Under the pieces are notes generated by a model. That model saw only the letters and a list, made by a program, of their open reading frames with translations. It had not been told where the DNA came from and searched no databases. Shown here piece by piece: positions 48,476 through 59,690 of a stretch of DNA of 64,000 nucleotides; position 1 is the stretch's first letter, and every line of letters starts with the position of its first letter. Origin of the DNA: Podarcis tiliguerta (lineage: Eukaryota); NCBI GenBank assembly GCA_965153285.1, contig OZ229116.1. The stretch is one strand, 5' to 3'. Made by a program: the position numbers and the translations under genes.

Positions 48476-50115
48476 CATATTAAGACAGTGAGCTTCTGCA
48501 GCTCAAATAAAGCAACGAAACACTTGCTGCCAAACCATCATTAGCAACAGCTACAAAATTAAACGTTTTGCTGTTTAGAGAGCACCTATACTGCAGGTCC
48601 TGTAGGCGTCAACCGGTACCAGCCGTCAACCAGCAAAAAGGCACTGAAAACAAATACTAGCAGCTTCATATTGTGCCCAATTTTTTCTTTTATAACAGGG
48701 CAGGGTGCACAGAGCACAAGGAGTTTCCATATGATGGAATGGCTATCAGCTAAGTTAGAGCAGCAGGACTCGGTCCACATATTGCATTGCCCAAAACACA
48801 CATTGAGTGTTAAAAGTGGGGCAGCAGTGGGAGATAGGAAAGGAAAGATGGGCAAATCATTTATGGAGACCATATTTTTGCCTTTTCTCGCCATAAAGAA
48901 ATGAACCCCTTTAAAGTGCCCCAGGACCATACCCTGTGGGGTAAAGACCAAAGGTTGCACACACTAGAATGCAACAGTGATCTGCTTTAATTGCTGTTAC
49001 AGGATCTGCTGGAGATAAGGGTAAGGCGCTATTGATTAACAACAGGAAGCCACCCACAGTGAATAAGTGGATTTTGTTTGGCAAGCAATTTTCACTCGCT
49101 GGTGTGGCTTAACATTCACATTCATAGAAGCCTTTGAAGCCTAACAGGTGATGGCTACTTACCTCCCTTCCCCCGCCCCCCCCAAATACTGGCAGTACTG
49201 ATAGGCACAAAGAGATGCAAGCTTTTTGGGTGCATTGGTCACCCTGGCCTAGCAGTTTACTTACTGTTTAAACTACTACGGGATGTGTGTCCTCAATATT
49301 GCAGGGGTTGCATATGTTCAGTTACTAAAGGGAGATAACAGCAACCATTTAATCTCTTCCCCTCCTCCAAAAAATACTAAATAAAACCAAGTGCACAAAA
49401 AACAAGCAGCATAGGCAGTGAACTCTCTTTTTTCCCTCGGCCAGAAAAACCTGAGAATTGCATGTTCCATTCAAAACCAACATCCTCCGTATCTCCTTAT
49501 TCAAAGGAAAGCAATAACAAGTGGACAGCTCCTACTGTTATTGGTTTTTTCCAGCTTGCAGGCAAAAGTAGAGTTAATATCACTAGTTTTGTCTGCACTG
49601 AAGTGGTCAGAGCTGGAATACTTTATGTTGCCCAAGTTATAAAGACAGGACAGGAATGTTAGGGGTCTACTTCAGGCAATATATTTTATTTGGAGTGCTA
49701 TTAAAAGAGGAGCAACTTGATTATTTCTGTTACATGCTTTTAACTAAGGGCACCAGGAGAGCTGTCTTTCCAAGCTGACCTACCCTATATGGGGTTTTTA
49801 AATACACTCATAATTCAAGTTATTGATTCTCAAAAGGAAATTGAATATACCCACTCCTGCAACAACCAGTACCTAATCCCAACAAATCACCCTGCAGTCG
49901 TAATTCGGGGGGGGGGGGGGAGCAGTGAATGCCAGAAACAGTAAAGGAGCAATGACTCACTGAGAATTCTTACTTTCTGATGGTTAAAACAGGGCAGCCA
50001 TTGAAATGAGTAAGAAGTGGCTGACTCATTGTCCAGAGCACAGAAGGCGCTAGAAGCAGCGTTCAAAATTTGCCAGGCGCTAGGCACATTTTGCACCAGG
50101 CTATCAGTCACTTAA

Positions 50116-50468
50116 GGGATGCGGGTGGCGCTGTGGGTTAAACCACAGAGCCTAGGACTTGCCGATCAGAAGGTCGGCGGTTCGAATCCCCACGACGGGG
50201 TGAGCTCCCGTTGCTCGGTCCCTGCTCCTGCCAACCTAGCAGTTTGAAAGCACGTCAAAGTGCAAGTAGATAAATAGGTACCGCTCCAGCGGGAAGGTAA
50301 ACAGTGTTTCCGTGAGCTGCTCTGGTTCGCCAGAAGCGGCTTAGTCATGCTGGCCACATAACCCGGAAGCTGTACGCCGGCTCCCTCGGCCAATAAAGCA
50401 AGATGAGCGCCGCAACCCCAGAGTCGGCCACGACTGGACCTAATGGTCAGGGGTCCCTTTACCTTTAC
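50116..50468 (+). mobile_element. Sauria SINE (Squam1)
   Basis: Full length; TSD CTAT(C/T)AGTCACTT at 50101-50113 and 50469-50481. Confidence 0.92.
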
Positions 50469-50597
50469 CTATTAGTCACTTGCGGTATGAGGGTGGTGCT
50501 GTGGTCTAAACCACTGAGTCTCTACTAACTGAGCTGGCAAAGCGTGAGACTGGCATGCACTAGAGTTCTCCCACTCTACACAACAGAGTTATTCCTC

Positions 50598-50867
50598 ACC
50601 ACAGAACCCCAGGAGATGGCTCAAAGACTGCAGGGTCAAAGAAGCAGTCCTCTGGCTGTGGTGCCTACTATTATTATTAATTATATTTGTTACCTGCCTT
50701 CCACCACAAACTCCCAGGTCTGATAACCCAAGGCCAACCTTGAACGATTTATTGTTTTAGCTGGAAGCTACCTGGACCCTATTAAGACACAGGTAGGTAG
50801 CTGTGTTGGTCTGGACATAAATGGACATAAATATGACATCAGGAATCACATGACAGAGAAACCACTA
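50598..50867 (+). repeat. Dispersed duplicate of 47421-47691 (flank plus Penelope 5' junction)
   Basis: CAGAACCCCAGGAGATGGCTCAAAGACTGCAGGGTCAAAG...TATTAAGACACAGGTAGGTAG..GACAGAGAA occurs at both loci. Confidence 0.92.
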
Positions 50868-52144
50868 GTCTTGATTGCATTCCACAGCAGCTACTGAACA
50901 ATGAGGTTTGCCATTACAGTACTTTTAAAGCATCTTCCTCCACAGGTATGCCAACTTTAGATTGTTATTTTCTCTCTCTCTTGCTCTCTCTCGTTCTCTC
51001 ACACACACAGCTCAGGATTTAAGCAGAAGGTTATGTGGAGTTTGTAATTTCTTTTCTATTCGCTCTGTTATGAAATTCAGCAAATTGTTTGTTCCTAATA
51101 CCTACACAGAAAGAAAGTGTAATTCATGTTGGCCCTATTGAGTGCTACTTGACTGAAAAGGTGAAGTATTAAGTACTTTTTTAAAACAAAAAACACACAC
51201 AGAGGCATGGCAAGACGGTTGATCTAACCCCATGGCCAGAATAAATCCTGGGCACAGCCAAGCAGCCAGCCCCACTGAATTAAATGAACGGCATATGAGA
51301 AAACATTCGTGTTCTGGTGGGAATTTGGTTTATTTCAGTGCCACATGCAAAAGTGACCCCAGCTGAATGGGCACTGAAAACCTTTCTACACTGGGTTGCC
51401 CAACTACAATTCCCATCATTCCTAACCATTGGCTAGGCTGGATATTGCTGAGTTGAGTTGGAAGTTCAAAAACATTTGGAACTCCTGGAAATGAAAATGA
51501 TGGGATTTAAACTCTGCTTATTCGCTAGTGCTTGGTATTGTTACAGAACTGGGGGAGGGTGTTCCCCTTGAACACTAAAATGAATAAATGCTAGGATTTG
51601 GGGTTATTTGTGATATGAAAGGAGAATATAAGCTGCAAAGGAATTCCTCGATAGCCTGGCCTAACTGGGGCCATTAAGAGAGTCATTAACAAGATAATGG
51701 AACTTCTTGCACCAGGTGTGACCACATTTCAAAGGTTGCCAGGGTAACACTTCTGGGGGAGAGCAAGGGGCTTTCGGGAAGTAGAAGGAAGAAGGGCTGA
51801 GATCCATCTTGGAGGAAGACACAAAAAAAGTTTCCTTGCACTGATGTGGTGTGAGCCATGCTGTAAGATCTGGGCTCCCTCCATGCAAACTGAAGGTACA
51901 AATAGGCGTATATACCCTATTGCTAAATGGTGAGAACATGTACAGTTAGGATTCTAACACATGGTGTGTGCTCTCATAGCAGAAAAATGTCTGCTTGGAA
52001 GGGACACGTATTCTAAGAGATGCTTCATTGGATCACTACATGTATGCACGTTATAGACATGCACACAATATATATTCAGATGCACAGTGTTTTGTTTTGT
52101 TTTGTTTAAGCACTGAGAGTTGTTGCTCACTATACAAGACAACA

Positions 52145-52493
52145 AGAGACGGGGAGGGGGAGTGGCGCTGTGGGTTAAACCACAGAGCCTAGGACTTGAC
52201 GATCAGAAGGTCAGCAGTTTGAATCCCCATGATGGGGTGAGCTCCCATCGCTCAGTCCCTGCTCCTGCCAACCTAGCAGATAGGTAGGTAGAGTAGATAA
52301 ATAGGTACCGCTCCAGCGGGAAGGTAAATGGCGTTTCCATGCGCTGCTCTGGTTCGCCAGAAGCGGCTTAGTCATGCTGGCCACATGACCCGGAAGCTGT
52401 ACGCCGGCTCCCTCAGCCAATAAAGCGAGATGAGCACCGCAACCCCGGAGTCAGTCACGACTGGACCTAATGGTCAGGGGTCCCTTTACCTTT
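52145..52493 (+). mobile_element. Sauria SINE (Squam1)
   Basis: TSD TATACAAGACAACA at 52131-52144 and 52494-52507. Confidence 0.9.
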
Positions 52494-52999
52494 TATACAA
52501 GACAACAGAGGGAGAAGCAACTTACTGATGGCAACTAGCTGACCTCCCTCCCCGCCACATAAACACACAGAGAGAACTGGGTAAACAAGTGAGGAGATGA
52601 CTTGAATTAAAATAACTTAAATAGCATGAAGATCAAACTGCAAAAGGTGGCATAAGCGCCACGTAAGAGGCTTAAGGAAGCTTATGCTCAAATTGATCAA
52701 ACAGCCATTATGGGCACTAATGGAAGGAAGAAGCAAGCTGGAATGCTAGTCTGCCTTGGCAATCGCAGGGACAGTGTTTACTTTCCTAGGAAGAATAAAC
52801 AGGGCTGTGCAGTGCAGTTTATGATCCAGAGGTCAGCTGCCATGGATGAAGTTGCCCTGAAGGCTCCATATACCTCCAAGTTTTGCAGCTTTACTGGGGC
52901 TGGAAAACAAGGGGGTGGCCTCTCACTTGGCAGGCTTCAACATACGGTTGATGGGCTACATCACAAATTGACGGAACCCATATATAGCAGAAAAACACG

Positions 53000-53185
53000 A
53001 CATAGGAACCGATAAATCTGCCTTATACCAAGACAGGCCATTGCTCTATCTAGCTCAGTATTGTTTCTGTACTGACTGGCAGGGGGCTGTAGACAGGGGT
53101 CCCCTCCCTGGAGATGCCAGGATGGAACCTGGGACCATTTGCATGCAACGCATGTGCTTCATCTCCAAGCCACAGCCCTTCCCCT
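53000..53185 (-). mobile_element. Old tRNA-derived squamate SINE (family not assigned)
   Basis: CTGCCTTATAC..ATCTAGCTCAGTATTG..CTGACTGGCAG..GAACCTGGGACC; related degenerate copies near 10792 (+), 12245 (-), 24098 (+) and 26230 (-). Confidence 0.55.
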
Positions 53186-54149
53186 GACTGCTTAGTCCTG
53201 GGAGATCTTCATAGGACATGATAATTTCAGCCACCTTGCAGGACTGAGAAAGGCTGAGCCGAACACTCACAAATGCAAAACTGCTTGCCGAAGAACAGGA
53301 AGCAGCACTAGGGTGTAGAAAGCCTGGGTTAAAATCCTCAATTAGCCACATTTATCCTCCTATAAACAGGAGGTGCACTCAGCTGCTCACTTTCTGTTCT
53401 CCATCTATAAAAGAGGAAGAACAACCAGCCCTCAAGCACTTCTTAGGAGGTGTCACCTAAAATTCTTTAGCTCTATGAAACCCTTGGCCTACCCAAGGAC
53501 AGCTGTGAGTTTCAGAAGATTCTGGAGCATGGTTTAGGATGCCCAGTCAGATTATGTGGCCAGGATTGGTAGTTCCCTTCGGATGATGATGAGGTTTAAG
53601 GGTGAACCACAGCAGGGGTGGGTAGAAGGGAGGTTTGGGATCTACTGATAGATCATTTGCAATAGAGAGGCCTAAGGGGTCCCAACTCTTCCATAGCAGC
53701 AAAGCTATGGTGTGGTCTTGTATGTGAAAGGACTGTGAGGTCAGTTCAGTTCTGCTAATATAAACAAATTCCTGGGCTCCAAAAGTGTTCAGAGGTACTC
53801 GGTGCTTTAATGCGATCTATATATCTTTAGCACCTGGCTCTGGGTGGCAAGATCTTGGGAGTTCTAGCAAAAAATGAAGTAGATTCAACAAGCCTGGAGT
53901 CTGCCCACCCCTGTTCTGTGGAATGCTCTCAATATAACCCTATGGCTATGCAATTTCAGGGTAAGATCCAGCAGGAATCCCTAAGAAGTTTTCAGGTACT
54001 CCAAGAGTTCCCTAAAACGACGAACAAAAGAACTATGCTGGATCAAACGAAATGTTCATTTGCATGGCATCTTGTTTTCACAGCAGCCAACCAGATGGAT
54101 GGTGATGATAATGATAATAACATCAATAAAAATTTAACCGGTAGATATT

Positions 54150-54635
54150 AAATTAATAATAATATAATTTATTATTTCTACCCCGCCCATCTGGCTGGGT
54201 TTCCCCAGCCACTCTGGGCGGCTCCCAACAGAATATTAAAAGCACAATAAAACATCAAACATTAAAGACTTCCCTAAACAAGGTTGCCTTCAGATGTCTT
54301 CTAAAAGTCAGGTAGTTGTTTATTTCCTTAACATCTGATGAGAGGGTGTTCCACAGGGCGGGCACGACTACCACGAAGGCCCTCTGCCTGGTTCCCTGTA
54401 ACCTCGCAGGGAGGAAACCGCCAGAAGGCCCTCGGAGCTGGACCTCAGTGTCCTGGCTGAACGACTGGGGTGGAGACGCTCCTTTGGGTATACTGGGCTG
54501 AGGCCGTTTAGGTCTTTAAAGGTCATCATCAACACTTTGAATTGTGCTTGGAAACGTTCGAGGAGCTAATGTAGGTCTTCCAGGACAGGTGTTATATGGT
54601 CTCAGCGGCCACTCCCAGTCACCAGTCTAGCTGCC
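54150..54635 (-). mobile_element. L2 LINE 3' end
   Basis: Colinear with the 30077 copy (CCCAGCCACTCTGGGCGGCT..TTCCACAGGGCGGG..TTTAAAGGTCA). Confidence 0.85.
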
Positions 54636-55289
54636 TTTGTGAAGCCCCTAGGCAGCACCTAAGCATCAACAGCTTTACAAACACAACGGTAAGGGATTCT
54701 CCATCATATCCTGTGAGCTTTAATATTAAGAAATGTTTAAGTTAGGGAGCATGCCATTTACTTCTTTTTAAATTTTAAAATGTTTCCTTTACAAAAAGAC
54801 TTCCTTCCTTCCTTCCTTTAAACATAGCTCGTGAGAAAGGGCACTCCACTGTCCTTCACTGTCAAGACCACATCCTCGCATACACCAATATGTTTTAAGA
54901 CATTCTATGAACACCACATGCAGAACTACGGGCTCATTCGAGCATAAAGAACTTTTTGAGATACCTCAGCCCATCCAACAACAGAGTCTTATGCGGGCAT
55001 TAGCGGAGAGGCACAGAGAGAATTCTGAACCTGAGCTGAACTCTACAAATTAGCTCTGGGACTCTGATGGCTGTTCCCATGAGACATGTCTACAAACAAA
55101 GGCAAAGGAAGAAAGGTTTTGCTTTCTCCAGCTTCAGAATAAATAAAAGGCACAACTGACCCCAAAATGAACACAATGAAATGGTTGCATCATCCATCAA
55201 TGCCGTGGACATTCTAGACGTCTCAGAGCTAAAGTAGCAATTTTTCCATCATCTCATTATAAACGAATCCAAAAAGAATTTTTCTGGAG

Positions 55290-55418
55290 CATTGAATCAT
55301 AGAATTGTAGACTTGGAAGGGACCCCAAGGGTCATCTAGTCCACAACTGTCCCTGGTTGGACTCAAGCAACCAACCTTCTGGTTAACAGCCAAGCACACT
55401 GACCCATTGGTGCCACAG
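55290..55418 (-). mobile_element. Squam2-type SINE / CR1-like tail
   Basis: GAATCATAGAATTGTAGACTTGGAAGGGACCCCAAGGGTCATCTAGTCC followed by a degenerate tRNA-like head. Confidence 0.6.
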
Positions 55419-55475
55419 ATCAAGTAACGAACTCTAGAATAACTCTAAATTCAGCTTAAAACTCCTAAGCTACTA

Positions 55476-56092
55476 CAGTGGTACCTCCAGTTGCGAACGG
55501 GATCTGTTCCAGAGCTCCAGTCGGATCCCGAGGTTTCTGCAACCAGGGGAACAGTTTCTGCACACGCACGTGTAGTCATAGAGCGCTTCTGCGCATGAGC
55601 GCATGACAAAAACCCGGAAATATACTTCTGGGCTTGCAATTTACGTATCCGGAGGGATACATAAGCGGAGGTATGGCTGTACAGTGGTACCTCGGGTTAC
55701 AGACGCTTCAGGTTACACACTCTGCTAACCCAGAAATAGTACCTCAGGCTAAGAACTTTGCTTCAGGATGAGAACAGAAATTGTGCTCCGGCGGCGCGGC
55801 GGCAGCAGGAGGCCCCATTAGCTAAAGTGGTGCTTCAGTTAAGAACAGTTTCAGGTTAAGAACGGACCTCCAGAACGAATTAAGTTCTTAACCCGAGGTA
55901 CCACTGTACTGATTCCAGATTCCAGCCCCCACCTCCCTCCCCACTTTAGCTAATGGGGGCTGCTGCCGCCGCTGCGCCCCCGCCGGAGCACAATTTCTGT
56001 TCTCATCCTGAAGCAAAGCTCTTAGCCTGAAGCATTATTTCTGGGTTAGCGGAATGTGTAACCTGAAGTGTATGTAACCCGAGGTACCACTG
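55476..56092. mobile_element. Cluster of three Tc1/mariner MITEs (55476-55679, 55682-55906, inverted partial 55941-56092)
   Basis: CAGTGGTACCTC TIRs with TA dinucleotides at 55474, 55680, 55907 and 56093. Confidence 0.85.
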
Positions 56093-59000
56093 TACTTAAA
56101 TCAACATTAAGAATCGTAGTTCCAGAGCCGAGTTGCCACCTAGCTGGAATTTTACCAGCCCAATAAAAAATGTTACCCTCCTAAGCCTGTTGCCAGAATG
56201 GGAAGATGCAAAGGGCAAAATAAATTCCATCACAGCCATGCTTTGCATTTTTGCAAGGATGTGTGTGCTAGGATTCATCAGCGTGAGCTGCGGTGGCATG
56301 CACACATGCACCTAGGTATTGCACAAAGGAGTAACCGCTGCCTTTCTGAAAGCATTATGTGATGTGTATGTGTGGGCCGACTGACTGCTACATGCTGTGG
56401 ACGAAGAAGGAAGGTGTCCCTGACTCTTAAACAATTTCAAAATAGGCTGCTGCATTTTTGCTTTGGGGGCATTTTATACTGCATCACAGTTTTCAGTTTC
56501 ATTGTATAGTTTTTGTTATTTTTGTAAACCACTTAAGAGACAATTATAATATTTATATATTATATAGCAATATATTAATATATTAAACACACAGCAAGTG
56601 TGTGGAGTTCTGCACCTTAACAAGAGGATATCAGGTTCTAATCTATGGTCTGCCCAGACAAAATCACAAATCTCCAATGTTTTTGGGGTGTGGAGAAATA
56701 CTCTGCACATGATTAGCAGTATCCAATCTAAGATTTCAGGTTTACTTAGAACAAACAGCAGGGACTGTTCAGTAGCAAATGCTGGTGTCTGGTGTGCTGC
56801 TGTTTGAACTGCTACCACATCAAAACACAACACACCCGACACTCTCCATTTCAAACTCGGTCTCTTGCACGGCAGACATCTGGAACGGATGATGGAACCA
56901 CTGGCCTATTCCGGCAGCTTTAACTAGACCTAAAATATTCCCCCTTTGCGTCTCCAACCGTTCTTTAAAAAACTCTCCAAAAGGAAATTCGGTGGGTGCA
57001 TGGCAGGGCTCCAAATTATGCAAATGCATATCCATATACAAAGGAAAAAAGAAAGGGGGAAGAAGAAAAAAGCAGTTCATCATCCGTTGGTCAAAAAGCA
57101 AACTTTGCTCATCTGGAAAGAATGTCTAGGCTAACAGCGGTTTGCAACCAAAGCTTGCAATGTGATTGTTTCCGGTGACATCTCAGCCCTTTCCCTCAAA
57201 AACCACCAAATGCTGAGAGTGCACATTTATTTTTGTTAAGTCATGCAAACCAGATCCTTACTTACAGGGCTTCCAACATTTAAGGAAGCCACAAGCTGAC
57301 TCAAATCCCAGGCTTCTTAAAGGACGTGTTCCATATGACGCAACTGCAAATACTGGCCAAAGATCTACAGCTCGCCTGTCTGCTCAGCAAAACTGTACTT
57401 TTGTGATTATGCAATATCCACATGAAGATTTGACCAAGAAACCCGCCCTCCCCCCTATTTCATTACTGCTATATTGAGGGATTGCTTAAAAAGTTCAGAG
57501 ATATGGGGGGAAACCCCGAAATGCCACAAATGCATTGCTTCACTGCATTGATCCTGGAGCTGAATTTGAAACAGATAAAACCCTTCGCTGCAGAGAAGCG
57601 GAGAGCAACAATGGATTGGTGCCCTTGGCAATGGTGACAGGTGAGGGTTTCACAAGGTTTTTAAAAAGCAAACCCCGTTTGCCAAGCCTTAGGTTCAAAA
57701 CCAAAACTACAAGATCAGGAAACCTTCAGCGAAACCCCGCCTTAAAATAACTCTGATGAGAAGAGATAAATGCGCATGCGCGCAAACACAACTAAACACT
57801 TTAAAAAACCAAAAAAAAACCTAAGATGGCTTTTAGAACTAATAGGACAGGTTTGTGGGGAATTGGTCTTTCAACAGAACTCCATAAACACAGCCACATT
57901 TCTAGCATAAGTCAAGCCTCTTTCTCCACCACAGAGAGAGAAATTCAGGATGGAGAGGTAGAAGGTGGCAAAAGCGCGGCTTGGGCCTTCTGCAAACACT
58001 CCTCCCTTTTGCAGGTTCTATGCACATACCTTGGGGAAAAGAGGGGCCAGTGGCAACCACAAATTGCTTGCTTTGTTAAGCCAAGCCAAAACTTGAGGGC
58101 CCTTGTCTATTAAAAGCTATTAGAGAGGCTAGCCAAACAGAGACTCGGGTCACATCCATAGTCCTTTATCAGGGCATTGAGTTAAAGGCTGTCTTCCATG
58201 AAAGGGAACACACATCATGGGAAATGTATCCTACCAGCATTATAAAATCCAACACAGGAAGCCATATATGTTGGTATGTTGTCATTGCGGACTTCTTGGG
58301 ATCACTAGGAACAGGCCTGTCATCACAGGCATTCACACACCCAGGCAATTCACTGAATTCAATCAGGTCATCTTGTAATTTGTGTTCCCTGTGCCACATT
58401 CAGTTTTCAAAATGATGAGCAACCAAGTAGCATGGACGTTTACATTTAATCTTATATAGAAGGCAGACTGTTCCTTCCAGTAGGTATCAGTAATAGCTTC
58501 TGGGCACTCCCAGGCACTTAGTGTCCTTACCTGTATATCAAGAGCCCAACTGACAACTGCATCCTTGTCTAAGTAAGGTACGACTCCTAAGAGTTCAGGT
58601 TATGCTTCCAAATTTAAAGGCTCTTAATGCAAATCACTATGCTTTAATTACTATAGCAACCAATTATTATGCAGGCTTGCTCAGGAACTACATGAATTAT
58701 CAGAAATTAAAACTGATTTCCCCTCCCTCCACAGGGTTATTTAAAACACCATAACTGCCAGACTCCCATCCCAAAACACAACGGCATTGACTCCTACTTG
58801 CATGCAAGGTAGAGGTCTTTATTCACGCTAAGAGTGGAACAGCAAGCACTAGATCCAGATATCCAAGATTCCAAGGTCCATCAGAAAGGCAAGCATTTTC
58901 ATAACTGAATGGAAGCCACGCCCTAGAAGTCAGCTGAACATGCACATGCATGGGGCAGACATTGGGGCAGATGAATTTGTTCCCACCTACGAAGGCATTC

Positions 59001-59449
59001 CCAGGTTCTCAGCAACAAGACTGTCTTCCATGTCTGTTGCCACCTCCTCTTGGTTCAGCCGCTCCCTCTGGCTGGTCAAAAGTCCCCCACCATCCCTGGT
59101 GGAGAGAAGCCAGCAGATCTGCTCCCTCCTCTGTGACAGCTAGAGTTAATAGAGAAGGATCTCTCTCCTCCCTCTCTCCTCCACCTGGAGTGCCCCCATC
59201 AGCGCCTTCTCTTTCTTCCCACCCCCCTTGCATCTGGGGTTGCCAAATCATGCCACTGGATGATGGAGCCAAGGGGCCATGGCAATAACTGATAAAACAT
59301 ACCTTACTCTTGCTATTCTCCAGGCTCCTTAACAACATCTCAAATGCACCTTTTCCCATCTCCCCTCTTCGAGATAAAGGGGATCTTTCAGTGCAGGGGA
59401 AATGTTCACATTTCCCATGGCTTCATTTGGTGAATGGTAGATAAGCTCT

Positions 59450-59690
59450 AGAATCACAGAACCATAGAGTTTCAGAGTTGGAAGGGACGCTGAGGATCAT
59501 CTGATCTCTGGGTATAGGGCGGTATATAAATTCAATAAACTACAACCACAACAACAACCACAACAACAACCACAACAACCACAACAACCCAAACCCATGC
59601 AATGCAGGAATATGCAGCTATCCCATACAGGGATTGAACCTGCAACCTTAGCATCATCAGCACCATGCTCTAACTAACTGAGCTATCCAA
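59450..59690 (-). mobile_element. Squam2-type SINE interrupted by an L2-like 3' stub with (CAACCACAA)n tail
   Basis: AGAATCACAGAACCATAGAG..TTGGAAGGGAC on the left and CTAACTGAGCTATCC on the right; inserted GGGTATAGGGCGGTATATAAATTCAATAAA plus repeat at about 59505-59589. Confidence 0.65.
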
